DNA of 50,454 nucleotides, filler included, from Trypethelium eluteriae (Eukaryota): NCBI GenBank assembly GCA_051942245.1. It is 2 parts of 2 records of this genome, joined end to end, with 100 filler letters (N's around TTAATTAATTAA, not from the genome) between each part and the next. Parts side by side here need not be neighbours in the genome. Positions count along the whole stretch, not along the records: positions 1 to 25,194 come from JAVECL010000380.1; 1 more part is not named here. One strand, 5' to 3'. Shown piece by piece: positions 12,772 to 25,294 of this stretch (position 1 is its first letter; each line of letters starts with the position of its first letter). The notes under the pieces were generated by a model. It saw only the letters and a program-made list of their open reading frames with translations, ran no database searches and was not told where the DNA came from. The position numbers and the translations under genes were made by a program.

Positions 12772-13654
12772 TCAAACTCTGCCATGTACGTGCAAAACTC
12801 CTGGCAGATTGTCGATGTCATAGAATCCAAGATCTTGGTCCGACGGATTTAGCATGCACGAAGTCCCGCCCGCAGTTTCTGAGACTTCTTCAGCGGTGGC
12901 ATTCCCTTGATTGCTCTGTTTGGTATCTGGTTGATTGCCCGCGTTGTTCTTGGATGTGACGGTGAAATAATCTTCGTAAGGATCGTCCTTGTATTCATTT
13001 TTCAGTTCTGACGCGAAATTCTGCGCGGTGATATCTTGGAGCAAATCAGTGTCTATTCTTATTCCGTAGCGTTTGTATTGACTTACCTGGCCCATCGTAT
13101 GCCTCGGTAGATAATCCGTAAATTGGTTCTTGACCCATCATGATAAGTTCCGTCCGCCTGACAGTGCTACGCCTGCTTTTACTGACAGTAAAGCCATACC
13201 ATCGATACTGTACTATGATTAGTCGTATCATATACGTTACATGGTACTGTTCATACCCGATATTTGTGCGGATACTCGACATTGTGCCATTTGAGTGGAT
13301 TCCGACTCTTTAAGAGTTCTTCGGCATATGTGATGTTAATTGCAGACAATACGAAGAGCTCCGCTGAGTCTAGTCAGTCATTGCGCTTGTGTCTGAAGCA
13401 GCTGCATACAACGTACTCTTGCATTTGGGCTTCAATTGGTATCGACCGTGCGGGTTTTCGCCTACGGTCGGCTCGTACTGCCATCTGGAGATGACTTTGT
13501 TCGTCCATTGCTTGTCGAAGCTTAAGAAGTTGATATCTTTGGAGCCGGGTGTGGCCTCCTCATAGAGAGAAATAGTGGAGACTTTGGCGGCGGTGGCAAT
13601 CTGAAGGCAGAGAAGCAAAAGAGACACTGACTGGAAATTGAAGGGAAAATACAT
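12772..13654 (-). CDS. secreted ~240-aa protein with fungal RNase T1/ribotoxin-like motifs
   Basis: Signal-peptide-like MYFPFNFQSVSLLLLCLQIATAA. Three introns (13416 GTACGT to 13370 or 13364; 13256 GTATGA to ~13208 CAG; 13086 GTAAGT to ~13035 AAG) give one open frame containing EYPHKY. The gene model is better supported than the fold assignment. Confidence 0.7.
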
Positions 13655-16600
13655 CGCTCAGATAATATAGAGGAAGAAAAAAAAACTCTAGAATGTATTA
13701 TTGTAAAGCGCCGCAAGCCTACACTCTTTGTTGAGGGTTCAAATTGCGGAGTTCCGCGCGAGGGCGATATTAAATACTGGACATGAATATGACGTACAAT
13801 TTCTAGAAGCAGAAAATCTAGAGGGATAGACTGTAAAATGAGGCGATCCGAGTCACATGGGTATGACAATGGACAACGACACCCCAACGGGGCTGTTATG
13901 GAGTTCATCCCCAAGCAGTGCCATCACCCCATGAACAGCCGAGGCCTCACCTTTGATCATACAGTCCTATCAGATTCGTCAGAAGAAAAGACTTTCAGTT
14001 ATACTCCACTCATTTGAGTACCATCTTCACCGCATAATGAAGTGCAGTGACTCGAGTACAACAGACGCGAAGTAATGTTCGGTGTTGGACGTGTGGTTGA
14101 CGACCGGGGTGTCGTCGTACGTGGCTGAGAAATGATGAAACGATCAAGCCACATCCGTTGCGGCTCTCGAAAGGATCTGTAGCCTCTTTTAGATGCTTCA
14201 ATCAACGAAGCTGAACATTTCCCGGAAGAATTCGGCGGCATTCATACTACTTCGATGTATACCTCTGCAATACGTTGCTTTTGCTTGAGATACATTTGAG
14301 TACAGCACATCGCTCTTCCCGAGGCAAACAAAAGCCGATGTTCTGCATACTGCGGATATTGTTGGAACCTCACAGCATGGAAATCTAGCCAAATCAGATC
14401 TAGGCCACTTATCCTGTTGGTAACAACAGCACAGGCAGCTCTACGTACCACACGAACTTTTTCAACCGGACACGACGCAACAGATACAAACGCGCTGCTT
14501 GATGTCTTGCCTATCTGAAATGAGTTTTTGGCCGATGGCGTTGATCAATATCTCAATATCTACCTAACATAGGTAACGTTGTTATTCGTAGCAGAGCTCA
14601 CATACCTTAGCGGAAGGATTTCGGCGCTGTCACGCTGGTAAGAATCTGAAAAGACAACAGGGCTTAGCACCCAAGCCACAACCTTCTATTCTAGAACCTA
14701 CTGAGCTTCCTAAATTGCTAGCCTTGATGGAAAGATTGATGGCACTGAGCTTCTGAAGAAAGCTCCTCCCGTGGTCTATTGCATCCACGAAACTAGCAAG
14801 TCGGGATCGAAAGCGAGTTCCCGCTTCCAACTAATCTCTTCTTCTTCTTCTTTTTTTTTTTTTTCATCGCATTTGTCAATTTGCTTTTCCATCTAGATCC
14901 TTTTGAGAAGCTCCCTAACAGACCGGACGATTTTCGGGCCCGATCCTAATCCTCAACCCCCGGGTATTGCTTACTCGCAGTCCACTTCCATTTTGAGCAT
15001 CGCACCTGCTTCAGATGACGGTTTAGGTACCTCCTCAAGACTGGAGCTCGCTTTGGGAATAATCCCGAGCCTGACGCTCGGATGTAGCAGGAGACTTGGG
15101 ATCATACCGGTCACTCCCCTCGGGTTCAAATTATCGAGTGCTCGAAGAGCACCTTGGATAAACAAGCTCCGCTTGCCGATGAAATTTCAGTAAGATTCAT
15201 GGAAAGTCGGCGTTTTGCTCAACGTAGTTTGAGGTCGTAATTTTAAAAGCAAATTTGACCGGTGCCGTCAGTGTGGTAAATGGCTGATTGCGGAAATTTA
15301 CGGAGTAAGTGGCATGGCCACATTTGGAAGGGATTGATGAGAGTGGGATGAGTCGGCGTCCTGATTACCTTTAAGTTACCCAGTCACATCCTGAATTACT
15401 ATTATGTTGCTATCGGTCGAAGAATGATCAAGGTGAAGTCCGGTGCCTAAGGTATGTTCACCGGAGATAGCGGAGGCAATGAAACCCACCTCGCGCAGTA
15501 GATCTTGCAAGCAATACGGAGTAGACCCTTGATAATGCCTATTTGTCAAGATCGGAGGATCAGATAAGACCGAAGGCGCCTCGGCTTGCTCAGTTCAGGG
15601 GTTCCGATTCTGGGGTTAAGGTGGCTGGATTGTCGAGTGGAGATTGATTACCTTGGGAATCGGATTCCCGAGCGCTCCGCTTACTACCTTTTGCAGGCAG
15701 GAGTGGCAGGCACGGCAAGGCAGCATCGTGGACCCGAGTTAATCATCTTGCGCATATTCTAAGTCTGGTTCGACCAGATCACTGGTGCTATTGTGGCAGA
15801 TTCCGGTCCAATACTTCATGTACGGAGTGTTTAGGGAAGATGCAAGGATCTCGCCATCAGTTGTGAAAGAAAAAAGCGGAAGCTCAATGCAGTCACAATG
15901 AACTATGCATATACCAGGGGGGAAATGTGCATTCCACGGGGGACCGTAAAGATCTGTCAAAACGGCTTGATTGAACGAATGGATCTCAACAGCGTAAGGT
16001 GGCACAGCTGCTTCACACGATGTCTGGTTGAAAGGATGTAGTCAAAGCCAACCTTTACGGTGTTCAGTGGATATTCTCAATGGTTCTAATTTGGTTTGAG
16101 CCAACTCTTTCACCTATCGCTTTTTTATCCTAGACTTTCTTCCCAACAAAATTACCAAAGTGCTAAATGTCGTGAGAGGGGGTTGTCGATCACCAAATCC
16201 TTGTCGCGAGGACCTCGCTGCTGCAAGACGACCTTGCATCGATTAGCAGTAATGATATGCATGCAATAGGGCTCGCGACTCCCTGGAAACGCTGCATGCC
16301 ATGACAGCGCATCTTGAGGGCGGGGATCGGCTAATGTACATGCATTTCGAGGGCAAGAACGTTATGGGTTTGAATCCCGGCCGTGCCGAGGGCTAGAGCG
16401 CTGAGCCGTCTTTGGAAATATGCCATTCCAACTGGCAAGTGAGCACGGCGATTACCATCGCCCAGAAATTTAAAGTATCAGAAGCTATAGGCAACATGGT
16501 GGAGGATTGGATTGGTTGAAGTCGTCGGACCAGTAGTAGTCATTGTGTCTCCACAGCGACTCTAGAAGCCGAGCCCCATCCTACTTTCTCTATATGGATC

Positions 16601-16755
16601 GAAGCGAGTCGTATCTTCGGAGTCTGTCGTCACGAAGTCGGTTTCATTCACGAACGTTCCTCCACGCCATTGGGATGTCGGATAGTGCGTATGATCGCCA
16701 GTAGGATGGTTTCGCGCAGCTAATAGACCCTTTGCTGAAATGGAATCGTTTAATA

Positions 16756-18180
16756 TCAGTCATTGCTAGTTTCGCTGCGTTTCTCACCTTTTGGATTCAG
16801 GCTTAAAACCCTCTTCAAAAACAGGTGGTTGCTAACTTCAGATTCAAACGTGCCCGATATTGTTCTTCTGCCAACCATCTGGAATGAATCATACCGTTCC
16901 TCATTTTCACCATTGCAAGCCGCCCATTCAATGTTGTAAGGTGACGATCCATCGCCGAGGTCGCTCCACCGAGTGACAATGATAGCATGTTTGAATCCAA
17001 TCTGGCCTTGGCTTCGGTCTTCGATTAATTTCAATTCAACAAGATACTCTGACGGACATTCGGGACAACGTCGTATGTCCCGACAATCATCGCAAGACTT
17101 AGCAGTGAAGTCTCGGTATCTGTTTGCTACATTAAAGTTGTATCCGGACTTCAGCTGAGAACGGAGAGTCTCCGGTGCTTTTGGAATGTGACGTAAGGCA
17201 CATTTGCAGATTTTGGAGAGCTCGCCCTCTTTCCAGTGTGCACAGCAAGAGAAGTAAGGGAAGAAGTCGCCCCTCTCGAAAAGCAGCATCCGCTCACCAG
17301 TAGGGGTAATGTCCGTTGGAGCGGGACATGTGCTGACAACACGCATAAGCAGATGACCTTTGTGGATGATGAAGCGTGTATTGTGCGTCCATTCGCTGTC
17401 GCTGCATTTCCATCGACGGCCCAGCGAATCTGCGGTGATGCCGTAAGATGACCCAAACCGCTTTGCTCGCGTTGCAAGCTGGACGAAGGCAAACGGGAGC
17501 TCTCGTGCATGCGTGAGTCGCATCCGGGGTAGTCTAGAGTGCTGCGCCATTGGGCAATTGAACAACGGGTTTGTTACGTAGTTAATCCTGAACCGTTCTT
17601 GGCCAAGTTGTGTTCGGAGATGGTATTGGCCACATGGAAAGCATAAAAGGTACGCCGGGAGATCCTTATTCAATCGAGCTAGAAATTCAATCTTCTGTCT
17701 CTTTTGTTCTGGTTCCTTCATTGCTCTCCATGCCTCACTACCAAGACGGCTTTGCAATGTCTTGCTCGAGAGGGCCAGAGATGCAACGTCCGACAATGTT
17801 GCGAATTGTGCAATGCGCGTCCATAGTTGTGGAGACAAGCTCTCGATCATGGGTTCTCCAGGCTCGCGCTCCTCTTCACGCAAAGTCTCGACGTCTGAAT
17901 CCTGTGACAGCCTCCGAGATAGAGAATGGAGGAGTTCAGTAGTGTCGACAGGCCTCGCCCCTCCAACGAGCGTGGATGTCTCGCTAGAGATGGAGTAACG
18001 TCGCTCGCCCGTTTGCGAATCGACATGGCTGGAACTGGCATCTTCCGAGAAATGTCGGCCTAATCTGAATCCATTGGGGGATACCAAGCTGTCCCTTCTT
18101 TCTGGGCGTTCAGGTTTGGACTTGGACGAGCTGCTTGAGCCCGGCCTGGGCAAGGAGAACTTCTTCTTCCTCAACGGCAT
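16756..18180 (-). CDS. F-box-like domain protein
   Basis: Intronless 474-aa ORF; low-complexity N-terminus, F-box-like IESLSPQLWTRIAQFATLSDVASLALSSKTL, Cys/His motifs LLCFPCGQYH, FSCCAHW, ICKCALRH, RRCPECPSEY, VTRWSDLG. Confidence 0.85.
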   Translation of the reverse strand: MPLRKKKFSLPRPGSSSSSKSKPERPERRDSLVSPNGFRLGRHFSEDASSSHVDSQTGERRYSISSETSTLVGGARPVDTTELLHSLSRRLSQDSDVETLREEEREPGEPMIESLSPQLWTRIAQFATLSDVASLALSSKTLQSRLGSEAWRAMKEPEQKRQKIEFLARLNKDLPAYLLCFPCGQYHLRTQLGQERFRINYVTNPLFNCPMAQHSRLPRMRLTHARELPFAFVQLATRAKRFGSSYGITADSLGRRWKCSDSEWTHNTRFIIHKGHLLMRVVSTCPAPTDITPTGERMLLFERGDFFPYFSCCAHWKEGELSKICKCALRHIPKAPETLRSQLKSGYNFNVANRYRDFTAKSCDDCRDIRRCPECPSEYLVELKLIEDRSQGQIGFKHAIIVTRWSDLGDGSSPYNIEWAACNGENEERYDSFQMVGRRTISGTFESEVSNHLFLKRVLSLNPKGEKRSETSND

Positions 18181-18610
18181 GACCAGGCTCTAGTCACGGA
18201 ATGCCAGGTAGGAGAATGTGCCAAGGGCTTGGGATGATTAACAGGCTGTTTTCATTGCTCTTGGTGCTTTTAGTGCTCCGCAAAGGAACGAAGCACCGAA
18301 GGATAGCGTCATAGCCGGAAAGCTGCGGACACAGGACTATCAAGTCCTAACTTGGTCTAGCGTATGTTTACGAAAGTCCGCTTTGGGTGCCCATGCAGGT
18401 GCATCGGTGGGCACCTCCACTTCTCCCTCACTGACTTGGCAACAATACCCTTGGAACAAACCAACCCTCGATTGTCTTTGGGACCTCGCAGATGGACCAA
18501 TTGATTTGACATTGACATCAATTGACCGGCTCGGAACCATGCGCCTCTAAGTAATCTGCATACATGCTTCAGCGGGATATCGTTTTCTTATCAGATCAAC
18601 TGCGTCCAAG

Positions 18611-20441
18611 ATGCGTCTGACTTTGATTGTCATTACTCTTTTCTCTGCAACCATCGAAGCTACATTGCCCTTATGGCCTCTTCCCCGTCATTTAAAATCC
18701 GGGTCTTCGACATTATGGATGGCCCGCGACGTGAAATTCTCGTACCTAAGCAAAAGCAATCTGCAGAACTTTGTTGGCTGGTTCTGGGACCAAGTGCAAT
18801 TTCCACACTTGTTGGTCTATACAACTGAAGAAGATCCACGAAGAGATCTAACTGGTGTACAGCGAGAGCACCGGTGATGGTCGACATACTCCAGCCGCAA
18901 AGAGAAATCTGGCACACCTTGCGTTCGAGCGAATGCAGAAACGAGTCTTCGAACAGAATCTTGTACCCAGCAAATTCAATCCTCGAGGTCTTTCATTCGA
19001 GCCGTCTTACAATGTTACGTCAGCACTCTTCGTTAAGTCTGTAGATATCATAGAGGTCTCGAGCCTGGTCCACGAAGCCATCGCGGATGATATCGCTGAT
19101 GAGGCATACACAATTGACGTCAACCCCGCAGGAAATTGCAGAATCCAGGTAGTCACGATACAAGGCGCTATCTATGCACTGGAGACATTTGCCCAGCTGT
19201 TCTTTGCCCATTCATACTTTCCCGATGTTGTCTACCTGCCATTTGCCCCGATTAACATTGTTGATGGCCCCAGGTTCAGACATCGAGGCTTGAACCTTGA
19301 CATTTCTCGGAACCAGTTTACATCCGAGGATGTAATGAGAACCATTGAAGCCATGAGCTCATCCAAATTCAACAAACTGCATCTTCATGCTATCGATTCA
19401 CAGTCCTGGCCCAATGAAGTGCCAGCGTTGCCAAAACTGGCTCGGGAAGGTGCTTATGAACCCGTTCAGGTTTTGAGCGTCACAGATCTGAAGGAAATAC
19501 AGAAATTTGGATCAGTACGGGGCATTGAAGTCTACCTCGAAATTGATATGCCGGGACATACGACTTCCATCGGAAAAGCGTATCCAAATCTCATCACTGC
19601 TCCAAATGAACCAAAGTGGCAGGACTATGCCTTAGAACCGCCTTCAGGTCAATTGAGGCTGAATTCTAGCGATGTATACGAGTTCGTGACGACCCTCCTG
19701 CGTGATTTGCTCCCACGCTTAGAGCCTTACACTTCGCTTTTCCACCTCGGAGGTGACGAACTCAATAAGAATGCCTACAACCTCGATCCGACAGTCAATT
19801 CATCTTCAAAAGAGGTGCTACGTCCTTTGGTCCAATCCTTCGTGAACCACGCGATCAAATCGACCGCACGCTACGGATTCACGCCTCTCCTTTGGGAAGA
19901 GATGGTTCTAGACTGGAATCTCACCCTCCCGAAAAACACAATCATCCAAACCTGGCGCTCCACCTCCTCTCTCTCAGACGTCGTCTTCAGAGGCCACAAG
20001 GCTCTCTTCGGATCCAACTCCCACTGGTATCTCGATTGCGGCCATGGCGTGTTCCTCGATCCCGCCGATCCCTCCCGACCGTCTTCAGATCCGATGCTCC
20101 ATCCGCCGTACGAGGACTATTGCAGCCCCTACAAGAATTGGCGCCAAGTTTACTCGTACGATCCCTTGGCCGGTATGCCAACCTCGTCCCAGGACTTGGT
20201 GATCGGCGGCGAGATGCATCTGTGGTCGGAACTGACGGATTCGGTCACGCTGGATGGTATGCTGTGGCCGCGTGCAGCGGCAGCTGCGGAAGTGATGTGG
20301 AGAGGTTCTGGTGCGAGACCGACTGAGGATACGACTAGACGGTTGGCTTTTTTGAGAGAGCGGCTGGTTGCGAGAGATATTGCTGCTGGCATGGTTACGA
20401 TGGAGTGGTGCTTGAGGAACCAGGGAGGATGCGTTATCTGA
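18611..20441 (+). CDS. secreted beta-N-acetylhexosaminidase, glycoside hydrolase family 20
   Basis: Signal peptide then LWPLP; GH20 motifs DGPRFRHRGLNLDISR, FNKLHLH, DSQSW, EIDMPGH, HLGGDE (catalytic DE), WYLDCG, GGEMHLWSE, LWPRAAA. One intron ends at 18862 (CTAAC..CAG); phase-compatible donors are 18811 or 18742. Confidence 0.95.
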
Positions 20442-21035
20442 AATTGATGGGACAACTGTTGTCTGCAGAGGCTGAAGGTAATGGGAATTGGTCAGGTGGG
20501 TACAACGTGATTGTATGACTTGACGGGAGATTTGTTATGATTCTCGCCTGAAAACTCCCATACCCAGGTCTGATGGGGTAGGTACCAGGCAGAGTCTTTT
20601 TCGTTCTACGAACTATTCTATCTCAAAATCTTATTTGAGCGGTCCAGTCAGTTCTCCAGCGCTTTCCAACGACGTGACTCCTCAGGATATTGCCCACTGT
20701 TGATAGCATGAACTGATCTAAGTCAATGTCGCCAGTTCGACTTCTTCGCCCTGCTCGCGTGGATTTTTAGTATCCATACGTGGGGAAGAAATGACAGGAG
20801 GGAACCAGACAGTTGTGAATCCCATGAGGGTCCATTTTAGATGCATGCTCTCAGAGTCATGCACCAGTGGGATGGGTTGTTCGTCGCCGAGCGTATTTTC
20901 CGCAGCTGGGTTATCGACCCTCCGCACGGCCGTCTAAAGCGAAGCTGGGTTGCCGGGCCACAGGGCACGTCCCACAAGCATTTGCAGCTGGAGGCAGATA
21001 AGCGTTTCATCTCGGCATGCTCCGTAATGTTTTCA

Positions 21036-22932
21036 TTAGTATTGCTGTTGTGTGCTGCACAGCCGTCCATCCGCTTGAACCTGCCAATAATCACTGCCCA
21101 CCGCGGTCGTCGCGTAGAACATATGAGTTGGGTCATGCTTGTTCTTGATGGACAGAAGTCGATCGTAATTGGCTCCGTAGAGAGCATCTTTCCAACCAGG
21201 TTGGAGAAAATCGCACTGAGAAGACAGATCAATACCTTATAATGAGGCTTCCATCAATAAGTACTTACCTCATTCAGATAGGTCCCTCCACCAGGCGTAA
21301 GAGCTTCTAGCTGGGGAATGTAGCTATCTGTCATCTTGACTTGGTTTGCAATCATTTCAGACCATGGCGCTGTAAAGTTCCAAGGGCTAGACCGCACGTT
21401 AGACAGCCATCAAGAGAGATGCCAAAGCAATTTGCACCTACGTTGTGATGACTGTATCGATCAAACAATCTCTCCATCCCTCATTGACGGCATTGTAAAC
21501 GTCTCCAGCTACCGCTTTCGAGACATTCAACCCCACGCCAATAAAAGTGGCTCCATCCTCGGTGATGTTGCGATACGCGGCCATAAGAGCGGTATTGTTT
21601 GCTTGCACGACCGACCTTGGGATCCATCTCCCTCCATATTGCGCAATGCCGACATCAATGGTCGAGAACATATGATTGAATTCGTCTAGGTAACCGGTAA
21701 ATTGTCCGGTATATGCCTCAAACTTGATCCCTAGCTCAGTTAATGTGTCCGTGTAAGGCTTTAATAAAGCTATCACTTGCGCTTTCGTCAACCCTGGAGC
21801 TGTCAAGGGGCTCAACGAAAATGAGGTATTCGTGAAGTACCAGACAGCCATGGCACCAGCATCCACAATAGTAGGTAGAACAGTATTGAAGGCCCCAACA
21901 GCGGAGTAATAGCTATCCTGAGTAATGTTCTCGTTCGTGAAAGTCAAATTAGCGCCAGATGTGATCATATCCGGATGGGCTTTCGACGTCATTGATGTGA
22001 CCTATTTGCGAGCTTAGACATGACCAAAATGCGTACATTTTTTCGATTACTGCGCTTACCACTCCATAAGTACCTCCTCCACCTCCACTCAAGGCCCAAA
22101 ACAGGTCTGAGTTTTCGTATCGGCTAACATTGAGCAAGGTACCAGTGCCGTCGACAACTTCAAACTCAAGTGTCTGATCCGCAGCAAGTCCGTACTTAGA
22201 AGCCAAAGCCGAATGCCCGCCGCCTTGGGTGTATCCTCCTGCGAGACCAACGGTTGGACATTCGCCGCCAACGACGACCAGTCCACTAGCATTTGCAGCA
22301 TCGTAAGCTTCAAAGCCCTGTACGCCGGCACCGAGTTTGATGGCCTTCCCAGTGTAGTGAGGGGATTCGTAGTCAATGATCTGGATATCTTTAAGATGAT
22401 GTGTCCAGACACCAATAGAACCAGCTCCAGTAGATTTTCCATTATAGTCGTGTCCGGTGTTTCGAATAACCAGGCGAATGTTATTGGCTTGCGCAAAATT
22501 TATGGTGTCAATTACATCTTTGGGCTCGCTGACATTGACCGCATAGTTGATATAGGTTCCAACAGCGCACTGCGCATACTCGCCAGTGTATGGATCGCAA
22601 CTCCGGTTCGCAAAGAATGGAGCCATCACTGACGAAGAGGAGTCGTAATGAGCCTGGGGAAGAGTCCAATCATTCTGTAATTGGTCACAAACAAGTTTAT
22701 CGTAGGTCGTCGTATTAGCAAATTCCGCATGACAAGGTGCTGCAAGTGGCACCGTAGCCACGAGTTTTCCACCCAGTGATTCATTGAAAGCATTCCACGC
22801 GTCAGTGGAAGGCCAACACGAGTCGCCAGGAAAGCACCGACAGGATGAGTTTGAACTTGTAACCGCACCATTTGCGAGCAAAGCCGACCACAGCATGAGA
22901 ATGAAATGCAGAAACGCCCTGGTTCTAACCAT
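21036..22932 (-). CDS. secreted FAD-linked oxidoreductase, berberine bridge enzyme-like
   Basis: Signal peptide, CRCFPGDSCWP, RNTGHDYNGKS (FAD-linking His), GGECPTVG (second linking Cys), GGGHS, DLFWALSGGGGG, GGTYLNE, end FYATTAVGSDYW..DGRLC then TAA at 21036; three introns. Confidence 0.93.
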
Positions 22933-24935
22933 TTTTGAGCACGTCGATCGTGAATAAAAACTTCAGGGAAGCGGATGCAATTGAAGATTATACGTAGGGT
23001 TCAGCGTGCAGTCATTTTACGAGGAATAAGGATGGGACAAGAATGGGATAATAATTAGATTCTCGTCCGAAAATTCTTACCAAGCTTCAAGAGCGGTGTT
23101 GCTGATCAGAGGCTAGCACACTAACCTGGTAGAGGAAGGTACATGTCTGCATAAGCTCAGTGCAGGAAGTAGTGCATGCAAGCCGGGCTTCAAAAGATAC
23201 GATATTCAGTAGAGTTCATCTCTGTGTTGATCGTACCTCCTTGAGTACCATGAGTATGCGAGGGGGGTTGCGCTGCATTAATTTCCCTCCTACACTGGCC
23301 CAATCGTACGGAAGGACATGTGCAGCGTTGACAATGCCACTGCTGGTGTTCCTACCAAGTGGTGCGTGTAGGATAATATGATGATAACAAGTCTTGAAAG
23401 GCTGCTTCATTTTCGCCTCTCATGGAAATGTTTTCAAGTCTCGATAGGGTGCTGGGTGGAGTGCTTTAAATAATGCGGTAGAGTAAGCCTCTTTTCCTTC
23501 TGATTCAGCGGCTGAGGCTGAAACAGCCCCGAAGACAGTCCCAGTTGACTCCATGACACACAATTCTTTCTACACTCGCCAAACGCTTGTATATGTTCAG
23601 TGCTTTCCGGTAGGCAGCCTGTTTCATGGTGTGATGGCGTGAGTTCGTGCTGCAGGCGATGAGAATCGCTGACGGACCCCCATTTCTGGCCACTCCAACA
23701 CGATACTCTAACAGTGCTCCCTTCAAGCCCGCCGCGATGAAGATTCCTAGCCATCGCACAGCACGTTGGGGCCAAATAAAAAGACCACATAGAATTTGAG
23801 GAAAGACAAAGGAGGATAAAAGAACGAAAGGAAAAGAGAGTGTGTAAAATTTTTTTTTTGGAAAATATGCAAGATCATCCAAGGATATAATAATGTTCCA
23901 TGCATTCACTCGTTCAAAAAGTGACACGAGATCTCCGCCATCCTCACCGAGAACTTGGGTACTGCATTCAAAATCCAGGCTCACGCATAAGAAGAATACT
24001 TGCGCGAAAAGGACGAGCGAACGTGGAAAGACCAAAGGACCTCACGGCCTGTCGGCTCATCCAGCGCGCTTTCGTACAAGACCTCTCGCGACGCCATATT
24101 AAATAGTCATCCAGCTGGAACAGTATCGCTAGTGTCTTCTGCGAGATATCAGAGACGGCTTTTGATAAAGCTGATGCTTAGATTCGATGTCGCCGGAGAG
24201 AATGCTAGACCATAAGGTACACAAAATCACAAGGGTTACGCAACTGTACATCACGTCTCAACCCATTGGCCCGAATCCATAGGACCGTGTTTGCGTGATC
24301 CCACCAACTTCAAATACTGAGGAAATATATCGGAGCACCCAGCTTGATGTTGTATATCGATTCATTGATCTTACAAATCTAATGAACCTCTAACGTGCTG
24401 ATAAAAAGCGTCGAGAGTCTTCTTACTGTATCCATAATCCCTGATCGATTATAAACGCGACCTCCTGTGGAAGATACGTTCTGATCGTTGATAGAACGTT
24501 CTGTGCCCGCTGCTTAGCGATTCCATGTCCAGTATCTTATTCATCATTGAGTCCGTTGTATGGTCTACCGATCCTCCGATCCATGGCGATAAATGCCTCG
24601 TTAGATCTGTGTGCGACTGCAATCTTTGCCTTCGGTACATACGTGATTGTGTGCGACCCAGAGATGGGCCAGGTAGAACCCGGACTCTAAGCCTACAAGG
24701 GGTGGAGATAAGAAGCACTGTACAAGGGCCGAAGCTTCAAGAGACCTCAAACACATTGAATGTCGTCAAACCTCTAGCACTGTACAAATACAACTGTACA
24801 TCCCCGGGAAGTTGTAGCTCTCGACAGGCATCTTAGGACGTGACTAGAGTGATCTCGATAGGCCAGGATGCAATCTGTATATTTCAAACATTACGTTGCT
24901 AAGAGATGTGAAGAAATAGTAGCACAAGACACAAA

Positions 24936-25194
24936 TTAGAAGAAACTGTTTTTGCCTCCGGTTGGTTGCTCTTCTGGTTTGCTCTCCTCCGCCTCTTTTT
25001 TAACATCCTCAGTATCCTCCTCCTTCTTATGACTCCCCGAGATTCCTCCCCAAACACCTTTTCCAAGCCCACCTACACCCTTTCCGACACCACCAACAAC
25101 AGATCCCACGCCTCCAACAACATCACCCCTACCCAGATTCCCCACTCCCTCACCCAGACCACCAGTAACACCTGTCACGGTATCACCAACTCCC
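24936..25194 (-). CDS. small Gly/Val-rich protein, 5' end lost in assembly gap
   Basis: Open frame from the gap edge: GVGDTVTGVTGGLGEGVGNLGRGDVVGGVGSVVGGVGKGVGGLGKG followed by a charged tail and TAA. Confidence 0.6.
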
Positions 25195-25294
25195 NNNNNN
25201 NNNNNNNNNNNNNNNNNNNNNNNNNNNNNNNNNNNNNNTTAATTAATTAANNNNNNNNNNNNNNNNNNNNNNNNNNNNNNNNNNNNNNNNNNNN
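25195..25294. other. artificial assembly gap/linker
   Basis: 44 N + TTAATTAATTAA (25239-25250, stop codons in all six frames) + 44 N = exactly 100 bp. Confidence 0.97.

Noticed and set aside
13700..16700. Transposon or RIP-mutated element in the gene-free stretch
   Set aside because: No terminal repeats, transposase or RT motifs, or strong AT/TpA enrichment visible.
23000..24900. 176-aa ORF 23505-24035 and other short ORFs
   Set aside because: Non-ATG starts, homopolymer-derived hydrophobic stretches and no motifs; treated as intergenic.
25239..25250. TTAATTAATTAA palindrome as a biological element or piggyBac TTAA site
   Set aside because: Centred between two 44-N runs; an artificial spacer.
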